Assembly: GCA_965287045.1 (NCBI GenBank) | Contig: OZ336886.1 | Coordinates: forward strand, 23,622,001-23,686,000 | Source: Carcharhinus amblyrhynchos | Taxonomy: Eukaryota | Length of the DNA stretch: 64,000 nt | Reading direction: 5' to 3' | Part shown: positions 13,245-27,900 of the stretch, in pieces | Layout of the letters: every line of letters begins with the position of its first letter | Position numbering within the stretch: the first letter of the stretch is position 1 | Notes under the pieces: generated by a model | Told to the model about the DNA's origin: nothing | Seen by the model: only the letters and a program-made list of their open reading frames with translations | Database searches by the model: none | Made by a program: the position numbers and the translations under genes

Positions 13245-16200
13245 TGGACCATGGTGAGAGCTGTCCAAGGGACATGGGCACTGCGAATTGCTTCGAAGGC
13301 TTGACTTGGCATTTCGGAGACAGAAATTAATGAACAATGCAAGCAATTTATTATATAAGAAAAGGGTGCCGAGCGTGAGGTCCTGACCTTCAGCTCAGCT
13401 TTGATCCCCTCTAAAAGGGTAGAATTGCTAACTTGCACCTGACATTGAGCCTGAGAGGGGGAAAATAGAATTTTCTAAAGAGTGTTATCATTAAAATTTG
13501 TACTAACCATGAACAGCTGTAATGCCAATTGTGGTTAAATACGAACAAACTTGCAGACTTTGCTGGGAAAAATAAACACCTATGCAGAAAAGAAAAAATG
13601 ATCTGAATGTTTTATCACAGCCAAAGTGACTGAATATTCCTTTATTAATTCTCATTTAATGTCACTTTAAATTGCTGACATTATTATCCTGCAGTATTAA
13701 GAAAAAATTGTGTGTAATTAGTCAGTATTAAGCCTCTGTTATTTATTCGAGCCAAATAAACAACACCACTTTAATTACCTGGGCTCTGCAATATTGATCT
13801 GGGCATCAAATTTTAATATGACTTTATTTCAGATTTCCATATGACTAGTATTCAAATTTGTTCCAGCAATAACAATTTTGCAGGCATAAATGACTTTTCA
13901 TTCAAAGTATGTAAATTATTCCCCAACACTTGGGAATGCAAGACTTTCAGCGCTAGCAGCATGTTTATGTAGACCTCAGGGGCCTTGGTACTTCATGAGC
14001 TGCTCTCTAATATGGCAGAAAAGCCACCAATTACCAGAAGAGACAAAAGTCAACTAAGACAGGGAATCTCTTCCTCCCAAACCTTGTTCTCTCCCACTTC
14101 AGTACATGGTGTTAACGACATACAAATTTTGAGGGCATTAACTATAAACAGGAATTCAAAACAAGACAGACACACTGTCGGAATATGCCAATGTCAGCAT
14201 CTTAAGTACCCTCATAATCCCAGGACACAAGTTTCGGCATTATTGTCTCAATTTAACTTGCATTAGTACCTAGCACCTTGATTACACTATTGGGGTGGTA
14301 ATCTTCCCGCATATGCCATCATTACTTATGTCAAGCCACTTGAGCAGTTATGAATATTATTTTGTTTTACGAGAGAGTAAATTAGTGCTGCTCCCCTAGA
14401 GTTTTGGGTGCTTAACACTGAAGCAGTATGCAGCCTTCTGAAATCCCATAACAAATCCTTGTTTAGTGCCACATGTAGATAAGAGCTATGTCGCAACATT
14501 CTAGCATAATTGACTCATATCCTTCTTCATTTGAGGACAGCAGGAAAAATTCACCTTTCTTCCTCATTAATCTAGATTAGTGCTGGTTTATCTGCAGAAT
14601 CTACATCTTTTCAACATACTAGGTATGAAGCATTTGTATTTTAATATTACAAATTATTAGTGTGTTGTTCAAGAGAATTGTTGTCGTATATTTGAGATTT
14701 GTGCGTTGTTTATTCGGTTTACATGATGGAACCTCCAATATGAATAGGGTAAATCTCTTGGGAGCCACAGAAACTCAGAAATGATGTACATATGAGTACA
14801 TGGACCCATGGAAACTGAATATAAATGACTATGCCCCAGCCAGTCACATCTGGGGTGGAATAGGCCAGATAAATAATTCTGACGTTAGGGGAAATAAAAT
14901 AGAATCTCGAGCCCTACATAATATTATTTTGCATGCAATGTAACAGAGTTATATTTTACTAAATTGTATCCAAAAAGATCAGTATTCTTTATACAGGTAC
15001 TGAATAGGGAAGCTGGCACTGTTTCATTATTATCAAAAGTATTTGAATATGTTGGGGTATTACAATAATATGTAAATTTCTGATTCTGGAGTACTCCATT
15101 ACGCTATATAACTTATTTTTCACAACAAATTTTAAACTGTTAATGTAATTGATGTTTTATTTGTATTGTTTCCACTCACAAAAAATAAGCGTATATTTTA
15201 TGGGGAAAGTGATTCTGAGTGAGCATTCTTAGTTCAGTTTTGTTCAAATTCAAGATTCTCACATGTCTACTTAAAACCTGCAGTTGGGCTGACCAACTTT
15301 TTAAAAACCATGTTACGACAGGTCATGTAGCATGCATTTCTTTCCACAAATGCCTTAGCACCACGAGAATGATGCTTCCTACACAGTAAACTATGCCACT
15401 GGGGGATCCATTCCTTTCATTAAACAAACTGAGAAAATGGTGTCCTCCAACATCTCCCAAAATGATGCCAATTTTGAAAAATGGCTTATGACAGCTGAAT
15501 GAAACTTTCATGAACTGACCAGAAGGGCACTCGTGAAACCCACAGACTGACCAGGAGACACAAATCTGAAGCACGACACGCTGAACTGTTACCACGTGCT
15601 CTAAACTGCAGCCCTCACGAGTCAAATCAAATTTGCTGTTACAAAACCTTTTCTGTGTCCACTGACATACTTGCAGAAACATATATATTTTTTTCAAATC
15701 ATTAAAATCTTTTCTTCTCTTCCAAGCATGGGTTATTTCAGAATTAAGTGCTAGGCTCTCTGGTGCTTTGGGAAATGTAAACTCCAATTTTTACTCCAAA
15801 TTCACAATACACTCCAGTAGCTTGTGTTCTCTAAAGCCCAGAGCGGACCCTTAAGATGATGAGCATCTTAGAGAGTGCTTTGGTAAATCATGCAAACAGG
15901 AGTGGGAAGAAGGACAAAGTCATCTCTTTTGCCATTCCACACAACCAGTAAATTGATTTACAAACCACCATGGTCCAAAAATAAGTACTATAGTTATGTG
16001 ACGAGAGGCTACCCTTTCATGAAAACCTGTACTGCAGACTGAATGTAGTGGAGAAAAAAAATGTATAGGCTGCTTTACATTCCTGTGTCTTAGAAAATCC
16101 TACTCTATCATGACTGAAGATATCAGCATGAATTACTTCTAAATCAAATGCTACTGCTAATCAGTCAGGGAACTAGTTTCCAAAATGAATGGCTAACATT

Positions 16201-19200
16201 CTACATTTGAATCATTTTATACCAGCAGCTTTTAGATTTTGTGTAAATGCACATCACTAATAGTATTTCCCTAGTTGTGCAGAAAGAGATTAATTATTCC
16301 TTTAATGAACCATTTGAATAAATTTAAAATTACCATTTTTATTTTTTAATCCATTAGCGTTGGCATTCCCCCCCACCACTCCATACACGCTGTCTTTACA
16401 AGAGACCAATACATCTGATATTCTTGCCAACAAAAGCATTTGAAATTAGTGATTTGCTTTCAGAAACTTTAATTACAATTTTAAAACACTATTTCTTCTG
16501 TTTAATAGATTCAAATTGTTTCAGTATTATCTTGGTTGCAAATAAAATGTACAGTATGTGACAATATTCCCAGGATTAATCACTCTTGAAATTATAATAT
16601 GCTCTTGAAATACCAAATAAAAAGACAGCAATGTTGTTGATGTACTCAAAGCTTCTCGCTTTCTGGAGTTTGCTATTATTATGCATATCCAGGTAGGAAG
16701 TTAATTAACCCAAAGCTTAAGCTAATTATGATAGCAGAATGCTATCAACCAAAGCTTTCAGTCAGACAGCTGTCCAGAATTTCATTTGCTAATCATTTGT
16801 CTTTGGCTGAGCATATGGTACATTTTCATGCAATCAGAGGAACAACAAACAGCTGAAAATCATTAACTAAAAACAATGTGCATAAAATCAGAAGCAATTT
16901 ATATAGCCTGGTGTCAAACAGAAACCTAAATACTTCCTCTATAAAAAATTATCAGCTTCTGCTCTTTCACATTTTCTCACTTGGAAAATTTAATCTTGTA
17001 ACACAAAAATGACTGGAAATTTTGTGAAACAATGGCTTATTAAAACCTCTGTGCAAGTTTTCGAAGCTAATCTAATTTGTAAAGTTTAAAACTGCAATAT
17101 TCTGTGAAAACTGTGCCCAAAATTAATTCCTATAATGAAGTGATTTTTTTTCTAAAATCATAATGAAATAAAATAAAATACATCAGATAAATTTAATCCT
17201 GGAAGTTTAAAATTTGGAAACCTACATCTCTTTGAAAGTGGTGAAGGTCAAACCTAAATCATAAACATTACCAATAATACCAATGAAATTTTAAACATAC
17301 GTTTCTTTGCACCAACATTGCATATTGTTTTCTGTTAAAGGTGCTAGCATGTGTATTAAATTCAAACAAATTGAGCAGATTTTTTTTATTAGGTAAGGCC
17401 AGGTCTTGACTTTTCAAATGATGTGACAGCTGCAATTGTAACTGGTCAAAGGATCACTAGAGCCTGATTAATTGTTGGTCTGAGGGGATTTCTATTGGTC
17501 ACAGACCAATGAACTACTGGGAATTTCAACCTCTGAAATATGAATCTGGAACAATACAGAACTATTTCTTATTTACTGGATATTAAAAATGCTGTAATTC
17601 CTTATGTACAAATTTCATTCAAGTCAGTAAATAATGTTGATTTGCATCAATTTGGAAAAGTCCAAATAAAATAGCAATGAATGCTATACACATTTATAAC
17701 CCCAGCATTACAGAGAGCAACAAGGGTAAATTGTGAATACTTGCCACCAATTCAGTGAAAGCAATAATGAGCGTACTTGCCTGGAGCGGTACGCTGCGCA
17801 AGTGCCCTCCTTAACCCTTTGTCTTCACCTGGTTACTAGACCACTTAGAAAAAATGCAATACTGGAATGAAATGGATTTTGTTGTGCATTTTTTTCCCCT
17901 GGACAAGGCAAAGGTTTGTGCTCTGAACAAGGCAATATGCAAATTCACCTATTAAAACCATTCTCAACTGTTGGAGCAGCAACAAACTGTTTGGCCAATA
18001 AAATCTCAAGACTAACACTTGGGTGTTGTTGGCAAGGCCACATTTGTTGCCCACCCCGAAGTGTCCTCAGAAAATGTTGGTCAACATTCTCTTTGAACTA
18101 ACTATATTTCTTATGGTGATGCTTATCTTAAAAATGGTGTTACAGTCAGAATTTTTGATGAATGCAGGGCATTATACGAGGTAAAGGCAGTTCACCTGTG
18201 AACACAAAGAAAAAAGTGCCTGTAATTTGTGAGGCACTAAACAAACAGTTAAACTAACACTATATTTTTCTATAAGATCCATTTTGAAAATGATGCACCT
18301 AGGAAATTAAAAATTTGCAATTCAATTTATTTTGTATGTTCATTGGAAGGAATAATATTGGTGGGAGCACTAAAGGAAGAATATTTCTCTCCATTGCATC
18401 TAGATAAGTAGTAACAAGCATTTTCATAGCACCAGATTCACTACACGCTGCATAGTTACTGGTCAATAGTTAGCTTGCATCAAACAGTTCACAAGTTTAC
18501 TTTTATATTTTACAAACTTTCTGTCCTAAGAATCTCCAGGATTAAACAGCTGAACTATGGCTGTGTATTATCAGTTCATTGCCAATATTCATTGCCTACA
18601 GGAAATCGATACCAATCCAACCTCCTTAGCTTAGTGTGTGTTGATTTTCAAAGAGGTACTGTCTTGATGAAAAATTTTTCAGTAACCCTTGTTTTTAAAT
18701 ACACAATACAAAGCAACAAACTGTGCTGAAATACATCATTGAACATGTTGCATGTGATGTTATCAGACAAGAAATGGTGCAAGGTTCCCTCTCTTTTGTC
18801 AGATTTTAGGGAAAAAGGTTTGTGGTACATTTTTACACAAGTAAGTGTCCCTTAATGTTTGAAGAAAAATGATGCCACCTTGTCTCAGTTATAATAATAA
18901 ACCTGCATTGTTAAATTAAATTACATATTTCATTGGAGGTCAAAGAAATAGGATAGTTTATTGGGGAGCAATATTATTATTGGATATATTCACTGCATTT
19001 GGCAGAATCTCTATTAATGATGAACATCCACAATTAAGAAAGAAAAGCTGGAAGAAGTGGGGAAAATCTACATTAACTATTGTTCAAAGTATTCCTACTT
19101 TCAATTGTACAAAATAATCATCTAACTATAATTTTATTTGGTATATTGTAAATATACTTTTTCAAGCACATACACGCTCAGGTCTGGTCTCCCTCCATAT

Positions 19201-20069
19201 TAAGCCATTCTGTAATGTCACCAATTGGGAAAATACCAGTGCAATTCCTGAACAGCTCCTTTTTACATGCCCTTAGCTGTTCTTGTATGAAGCTGACCTG
19301 GTTCACAGGAACTCAGATGATCCTGGTTATAATATTTTATGTTTCTCCTTATTCTCTTTGGCTTCGCTGCTACTTACAATACTGTTAACCATTCTATATT
19401 CCTCCTCCACTTTACTATGCCCTAATGATTTTATTCCTATTCACGATGGTAGTTACTACATGTTTTCATATGATTTCTCATGCTGTAACTGCAAACGGTC
19501 CTCTAGTAATCCCTTGAAATCCACTTTTCGTCCCTTTAAAATTATTTACAATGAGAACAACATTATTCGCAAGTATAGAGTCAGCTTCGTCATGTGGACC
19601 AGTAACGCTCATCATTTCTACAACCACCATCCATTCCGGGGCTGCTATGGAATTATCCAATTGTGTAATAGTGCTGAACCATTATAGGTGTACTGAACAA
19701 GTTTCTGCCTGATGCAAAGTCTTGGATCAGCTGAAATGTTCCACAGGTCAAAACTAACTCATGCCACATCAACACACCATTAATTCTGACATTAACCAAC
19801 CTAATTATTGCCACACTGTCTAACTGGGTTACTACTGTATCACCCAACTGCCTTATATAAGACAAGTTCTGGAATAGTCTTAGCTTCCAGTAGCTCAATG
19901 TCAGATCTTGCCAGTTGTACTATACCACTTATGACAACCTTCAAAAATATTCTTGCTTTCCCACTCAGTGAGACCACTGGTACAAAATTTTGATGATCTA
20001 CTCAATACTGATCCTTCTTGCCCACAAGCACTATCCCACAACAATGTACAACTATGTCCCTTCCTGGAG

Positions 20070-20405
20070 GTCAAGTAGTGCAATGGATAGCTTCCCTGTC
20101 CCTGAGCCAGAAGCTCCAGGTTTGAGATCCACTCCAGGACTCAATAGCTAGGGAAGGTGTGTTCCTAATATGACCAGCAACTTGAGTAACAACCTGAAAA
20201 ATCTTTCCAACGTGCCAATGGCAGGTGGGCAGGTAGTAAGAACGAGAGGGACTGCTGGTCAGCCATCCTTGATGTGGAGTGGCACCTCTCAAGCTATAAG
20301 TGTCTGGTGATAGACTGCTGACCTATTCCAGGAAAAGAACTTCAGGATGGGAGGAGATGAAAGTCTGCCTTGTGCACCACTAAGCGCAGGAAGAGAAACA
20401 ACAAT
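20070..20405 (+). mobile_element. tRNA-derived SINE
   Basis: A-box-like gtagtgcaatggatagc, B-box-like ccaggtttgagatcc, tail ending aagagaaacaacaa. Confidence 0.6.
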
Positions 20406-22794
20406 GTCCTTTCCTCATGCCTGTGGTTGCCAAAATGTCTCACCCATGTACTTATTCCACATCTTATGTATTAATTTCCAATACCCCCCACCTTCATATT
20501 ATCAGTGTTGATCTTTCAGCTATTATGACTCTGTTCTCTGGAACACGATTCCTAAACAAATGAATTCTGTTATTTCATTTCCGGCCTTAAAAGATGCATT
20601 ATAACCTATTTCAACACCATCTTTTTCATCTCTCTACTTAAAACTCACTGGTGTTCTAGAGTAATATAATAGACAGGGATGCACACATTGGTGTGTGGGG
20701 GAATAACGCAATGCTGTGGAAGAATGGTTGTACGATATCAACGAAAGATATATGGAAATTGTAAATAATATGCATAAATCCAAGTTTCCTTTGTCATGTT
20801 GGGCTTTAACCTATACTCTTTGGGTGGAAAATCATGTGTGGATCCAATGCTGAATTAGTAACAGTAAATTTTAGATTTCCCAAACATTCTCCTTGGGCAG
20901 ATTCATGGGATTAATCTCCACCCTATTCTTTTTGGTAACCTTGCCAATCATGTATATATGTACGCATGTAAAATATATATAACGATTTAACATACGCAGT
21001 ATATGTTAATTGACAGATATTTATGTATTGCAATATGTGAAAAACATTTGGATACTTTTTTTGTTTATAGATAGTGCCCTGGTTATAACATACTGTCCAA
21101 TTTAAGTTTATTTTTATTTGTTTGAATCTTAAATTTAGCAATAATAATAAGAGCATTAAGACACTATTGATTGAGCAGAGAAAAATAAAATACAAGCATT
21201 TATAGTCTCTAAGAAGTACTGTACCAAACACAAATACTTCAATTCACCTGGGCACCGTAAATTAAAAGGCACAATGGTATGTACCAAGAAGAAGAAATCA
21301 ACATTACCAGCTGCTTACATTATTTTTTAGTCTACAGCTTTTTTTTACATTTGGGCAAAAGGTTAATTTACAAATAATTCTGCCTGAATCATATGCACAA
21401 AAGTAATATTTGTGGAGTGGTTATAGTTGACTTACGTGATTGATAACAATTTTGTTTCATAATATCAGCAGCAAATAAAAAACAGACTGTAATATAAAAA
21501 ACATAACATGTGACAAGGTCTTCTAAAACATTTCTATTTAGGACCTCACAAGCTAAATTGCTTTCACTGGCCCCTTCCACCTCTCAGTATGGTTGACAGA
21601 CAAATTGATCTGAACATCGGAAAATAATATGCTTGCAAAATTTCTGTGGGTGAGATTTCAGTCTTTGAATTTTTCATAGAAGAACAAAATGAAAGATTGC
21701 TTCTTTGATTTTTCTTCCATTAAGCCTTCCCGTCTTATGTACTACAGGAATGAACAATACTTCATACAGCAGCAATACATTGTAAACAAATGTACAACAT
21801 TTTTCACTCGAAACCGAAGCCTTGTGAGGTAAAGAGGTTAGATCACAGGCATCTTTGCCCTGCAGATTATGTTGTTCAATTGTAATGAATTCATACATTT
21901 GAAGTTGCCTTAGGGGCTCTCATTAGACTTGGGGGTGTTTATTACAGGGTATATTGCATGTATCACTTAACAGCGAGAAGAGTGGATGATTTGATTAGAA
22001 ATGTTGACAGTTGAGGTGTGTAAAGAATATGTCATTCATGCACATTTCCTTTACTTTAATAACAGGATCTATCACTCAAAGATGCTTTAAACCTACTTTA
22101 AGTCTTAGCTTTAGAATTAAAACAGACAACTTTGCAATACACTAACTGAGAATCTCCTTCCAAACCAATATTAGACCAGCAGTATAATTAATCAGACCTT
22201 CTACTAATCCGTGTCCACAGGATCAGTAATTTACAAAGTGTATTGATGTCATTTGGACACTCTTTTGGTTAAATGCTCGTGAGATAAAATTGCTACAACC
22301 ATAATTTTCCTCACTCATCTAGACACCCTGCCCCCCACCCCCCAAAAAAGACATTAGCACTTTGAGTCTCAAGAGAGTTAAGCACAATTGTTCACTATTG
22401 TTTGCATTTTTAAATAATTGATTAGAAAAATGTCCATTTTAAAATGCCTTCATGTGTTTTATTCCTGCAAATGCTTGATGATAGTTAAAACCATAGAATT
22501 ATATGCAGTCAAACTAGTGTTATTCTGCGCAAAGCCAGAAGACATGCATTTGATTTTATTAAACTAGTCTTTCCTGAAAGTGGAAGAGTTTATTGGTTTT
22601 TTTTTTAAGTATTTTGCCGTAAGGATAAAAATTATACTGCACTTACAGAAGCCTTTTGGTAACATTTTCCTTGAAACAATCACATGATAACTCCGTACTA
22701 CCTTTGTAACTTCTCTGTAAGTGACACCAGCAACCTTCGGAGTAGGATTGACAAATACAAAAAACATCCTCCACAATTTGGCTTCCACATCTCT

Positions 22795-22926
22795 NNNNNN
22801 NNNNNNNNNNNNNNNNNNNNNNNNNNNNNNNNNNNNNNNNNNNNNNNNNNNNNNNNNNNNNNNNNNNNNNNNNNNNNNNNNNNNNNNNNNNNNNNNNNNN
22901 NNNNNNNNNNNNNNNNNNNNNNNNNN
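22795..22926. other. Assembly gap (132 N)
   Basis: Run of N. Confidence 0.99.
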
Positions 22927-24584
22927 TTGACCAAGAACATTCTGTGATATGGAAGCGATATGTATATCATCATCATTTTTGATAAATGCAGCTTCTGAAC
23001 ACAGAATTACATACCTTGCAACAGTATTAAAGCTAAAACTTAGACTACTAAATCTATCCAAGTACTTTTTTTTCTGGCTTATATGTATTAGATGTTTTTC
23101 TGTTTTGCTTACTAATTCTTACATCACCATTGGAATACTGTATTCACTTGCCCACTTTGCACGTTTAACAGGTTTATTTATATCCTGAAAATTTTATATC
23201 AATACCACATATAAAATTTGAGAAAAGATTTACTGCTAACGAGTGTTAATATCTGTAAGTACATTAAAACACATCAGCTCTTGGTTTATATGTTTATGCA
23301 AATTAAAAGATATTTAATTCTCTTAGGAATCCAAATAAAAACTCCAAAAGCTTCCTGGAGTCCACTAAGTTAATCACATCTGCACCAGTTCCCTTTTGTT
23401 TTTCTGTTTTGCTTTTGTTGATCTTGATACACAACAACCTTTGTCCATCATAATATTGTTATGCCATGGTTTCTGATGCTTTCAGGTTATAGTTTATATT
23501 AGGTTATGAAATATTCTCTATAGCATGCACCTTTTAATAATATACAAAGCACTTGGCTCCCAATGGCTGTTATAATGAGGTCAGAACGTACTTTTTGAAA
23601 AAAAAATCCAAATCTTGCACATTAGGAGAAAATCAAAGCTAATGGGGTCCAAAGGGACACCACAACCTTATGAAGGTTAATGTGGACACCTCTGTGGTGA
23701 GTAAAAGCCCCAATTATCCGACTACCCCTTATAAACAGTTAATTCAAACCAATGCTAAAAATTATTGCATGTACTTGAAAATACCAGTCATGAACAATAA
23801 ATCGATGTTATTGTATACTGAATCGAAGTAGCCAGTAAGTGAATCAACAATACCTGTAATTTGAATTAGTGTTTTGATAATAGATAAATAAGCCAATTTG
23901 ATAAAAGAAAAGACTTATGGGCACGGTAATGAATTCCTAATGCAGTTTTAACAAAAGCAAATATTTCAGATGACAAAGGAATGTACTTTACGGTAATTTT
24001 TATTTAAAATGACTCAATAAGGTGGCAACTGCAAGAGTGGAGTCCCTATAAAGCACCAGTGTTTTATCATTACAATATACAGCAGCAACATTTGTGCCTA
24101 ATTATCTGCCCCAATTAAATGAATATTCCAATTAACTGTGGCCCCTTTAGATCACTCTTACCACAGAGTGATAGCTGTAATAACATTACATGATGTGATA
24201 CATATTTTAAATAAATTTTCTTGCCCAAATCCCATCTGCAACATTTTTCATGGGAACCCAACCTGGTTAAGCAGCCATTTGTCTTAACTAACCAATTGTG
24301 TTCAGCCCAAAGACTGATTGATTAAAACTATCCAAACAAACCAGACATAACTCTGTACAAAGCCTCACTGTAACACAGGGCTGTGGTTGATGTCATTATC
24401 TGTTAATCTTTTTTTTTGCTAAAATTTTCATCCATCGCTTTTGATATATGTCTTATGGATGTGAGAAGAGATGCGAGAAGGAAATAAGGCAGAAAGTGAA
24501 AACTGAAAGCAAAAATATTAGGACAGTTCTGCAGCAAAGAACTTCAAAATCCAGAAGCCGTTTTATATTTTGAAAAAAATTTCA

Positions 24585-24900
24585 TTTCTACAATGCCTGT
24601 CCATGTTCCCAGAAATATCTCAAAGCACTTTTCAAACAATGAATTATTTTCATGAGCAACTACTTATGTAGCCAACAGTGGTAGCCATTTTTCAAAAAGA
24701 AAGATCCCACAAACTGTAATGAGATGAATGACGAGTTACTCTGCTTTGACAGTGATACTGAGGGAAGAATGCTGGTTTGCGTATTGTGAGAATTCTTTCC
24801 CATTGAATAGATCCATGGGGTTTCTTTCCGGTCAGCTGAACCATCACAAGCATGGGGAGTCTTCATTGGACGCATGGCGCTGCTGACAATATCATTAGTC
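24585..24900 (-). mobile_element. Old Deu-domain-type SINE
   Basis: atctcaaagcactt...aagatcccacaaactgtaatgagatgaatgac...ccatggggtttcttt; related copies near 45480-46465, 51240-51440 and 62500-62750. Confidence 0.6.
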
Positions 24901-27900
24901 TGATGGTTAAATATCACAGAATTATATTTTGATGAAGTTCAGATGCAGTTGCAAAATCAACCAAACTTGAAATTGTTGTACCCTCAACATTAGCTCCACT
25001 TCTCCTAACTAAACGGTACACTACATCCTGATTCTCTGAGCAATAATCTGATCTGAAATTGGTTTCTTACAGGGACGAGAAAAGAACATTAAAAGCTTGC
25101 TTAAGTACATGTTTAGGACTGACACTGACCATTTCTTTCTCTTACTATCCTTGACACAAACCCAGTATCGTGCCTCTTTCTGACAAATTGAATTCTGTCT
25201 ATTTTCATTTTTGAATATTTCAACTAAATCTAAACTGCCTGCACTAGGTGGCAGTCCATCCTGCAAATTACTAATGCTAAGTGTGAAGAGAAGTTACTTT
25301 TTAAAGTTACGTTTATCTCGCAATGTTCTTAGTTTAGTCAAATCATTTAGCTGAGAACAAAATTTGCAATAAGGAAATTATATTTGGTCCAACAAGCCTG
25401 TTGTATCCAAAAGACTGTAGAATTTGCATCTGACTCCTTTTTATTTTATAATATTCTGGGGTAAAGGGGCTGGTGAAACATTTGAGTAATATATCTTCCA
25501 GAACATTTCTTCCCAACCATTTCACCTCCTACATTGCTAACAATATGAAAGTTCAGGTCCATATCGCTTGAGGGTGCTTCCGACTTCCATGGCAACCTGT
25601 TAGTCTTAGTCCACCTTATAGTTACAGAACTCATCAAGGCCATGCTCACAACATTTCTTCTGTTTGCATTGTTCCAATCTTAAATATATCTGTCTGAGAT
25701 TGGTTCCTGTTCACAGTCTTGTCTACCTCTGCCACTGGTTCTCTCCAGGATATTTCATCAATAAGGACATAAATGATCACATTCCAGCAATTGTTTCAGA
25801 CAGACCACATGCCCAGGACCTCAACAGAAATGAGATCAGAATGTTCATAAATTACTTTGGATCATCTAAGCCTAGAATTATCCCAAAATCTTTAGAGCTC
25901 TCTTCTGGCCTTATGCAGAGAAACTTCGATTCATCTTTCATGACTGGGTTTTTCCAGCAACTGAACTAGAATGAACACTTTTAAGACATGTAAATAATAG
26001 AATAAATCAGTGCACAGATGGAGATTAACTGCTTTACGCCTGCATAAAATCAACTTCTATTGACCTGCGGAGTGGAGTCCACACTTCTCAAAGTCTTGAA
26101 GATGCAGCACTTAGGTTTACGCAGGAAATCCCTTTTGTCAGCCTTAAATTGAGACATGAATCCGTTTAATGTAAACTCTACATTAAAGTAGCAGCACGAG
26201 GAATGTCATAGGAGTGTATACCATATCCATGTGCCATAATAATAGCACTATCTCAAGGCCCTGGGAATTATTCAACAGGCTAATAGCATATACAAGATGT
26301 CAAAGGCAGAAATACAGAAAGCAGTTTTCAGGATTTCTCCATGTTACCACATTCTTCCTACTGCATGATTGGGCCAAAGGGACTTAGAACATTTCCACGG
26401 TTCAATTTGGAAATGGTGTTTGATGGTGATAAGCAGAAACTAAAGATTTGTGTATTTACATAAAAAAATCTCCAAATTTCAGTGTAATTTTGATATATCT
26501 GTTTTGACAGTGATTATGCCAACTGGATACTCCTTGAAATCTAGAGCTCAAATGATAACCTCAAACTGTACTTCTGATTGCAAAAGAAGCCAATTTAGAA
26601 TGCTAAGACACTTAGCAAAAAGGTCAACTGGGGAATGAAATGTACTTTTCGTTTAACGAAAACTTTAGACCAAAAGTATTGAAATCAGAAAAATTACCAA
26701 AACAATTCCTGGTGGAAGCTCTTATAACACCTTAAAAGATGTAGGAATTAATATGTTTCTCTATTCAGATAAAAGGACTGCAACATTATGAAACATCTGG
26801 TTGATTTTATTTGACTATTAAAAGAGTAATTCAACCTGTAAAACTATGTTATGCCTAAAATACACAGAGTAGAAAAATAAAGTCTAAAAGCTGATGGAAT
26901 TATATTAAAGAGAGGTATAAAGCTCTAAGGCAATTTACGTTATCATTTACATATACAAAGATAGAGAAAAATGGCCCACATTGTTCCTTGAAATATGATG
27001 AAATTTTTATAGTTCTGAGCAGAATGTAATCACTTTATTCAGGCCAAAATAATCTTATATTTCTTATTAAATGCAATGTTGTTTAAAACAATTGCTTGTG
27101 GCTTGCTTATATTTATTGGTCAAGGAATTCTACGCTGACAATTTCAGGATGATTAATGAAGGCACCTTTTTCTCAGAATGTCAGACTTTGCCTTTTTAAC
27201 AACTGACCTTTCATAGGATACTAGTGAACTCATAATTCCACTTTTGCACAGTTTCTTATTAGTAGAGTTAAAATTAATACTTATGGGAATGGTGGTTAAG
27301 CCTCGGCACTGTAAATCTTCCACTCCTCCAAGCTTCACAAAGAGCAAAGCTCCAATCTTACCTGCAGCACTTCCTCTTAACAACCTTATTTTAAAAATTA
27401 AAATAACAGTTTATTTCATGAAAGAAACAATCTGCAGTATCCTGAACTAAATGTGGTTCAATTATAAAACATTGTAATATTATTCTCAATTAGGGAAAAT
27501 ATGCTGGTTACAATGCAATACCAGCTATCACAGTAGGGGTTACAAAATTATATATGTATTTGTATTATATATAATTTTGTATTATTCATAAAAAAATTAA
27601 ACTGCGTTTGTAATTTCCAATAAGGTACTTTCTTTGTCATTATCTGTTTTCTGCACATAACACAGCAGGCACAATAGCAAAGAACATGCTTTGAGATGAT
27701 GAGCAGCAATCATAGGACAGGCCTTTTGTACAATACCAGGGATCTAGAATTTGTGTGAAATATTTTGGAAGTGCATTGTGCTATCTCTTCCAAGGTATCC
27801 AAATGGTGGTGGAGCTCTTCCCCAGTTTGGTTCATGAGTGAGTGCAAGGACACGTCCACCTGTCAGTGGGCCAGCACATAGGTTCCACCATGGCGGAGGC

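Noticed and set aside
15323-15787. 154-aa minus-strand ORF
   Set aside because: No recognisable protein similarity or convincing exon structure; better explained as non-coding sequence.
27362-27384. 23-nt minus-strand micro-exon GTTGTTAAGAGGAAGTGCTGCAG|gtaaga
   Set aside because: Good donor but weak purine-rich acceptor, frame-shifting length and no MGMT similarity.
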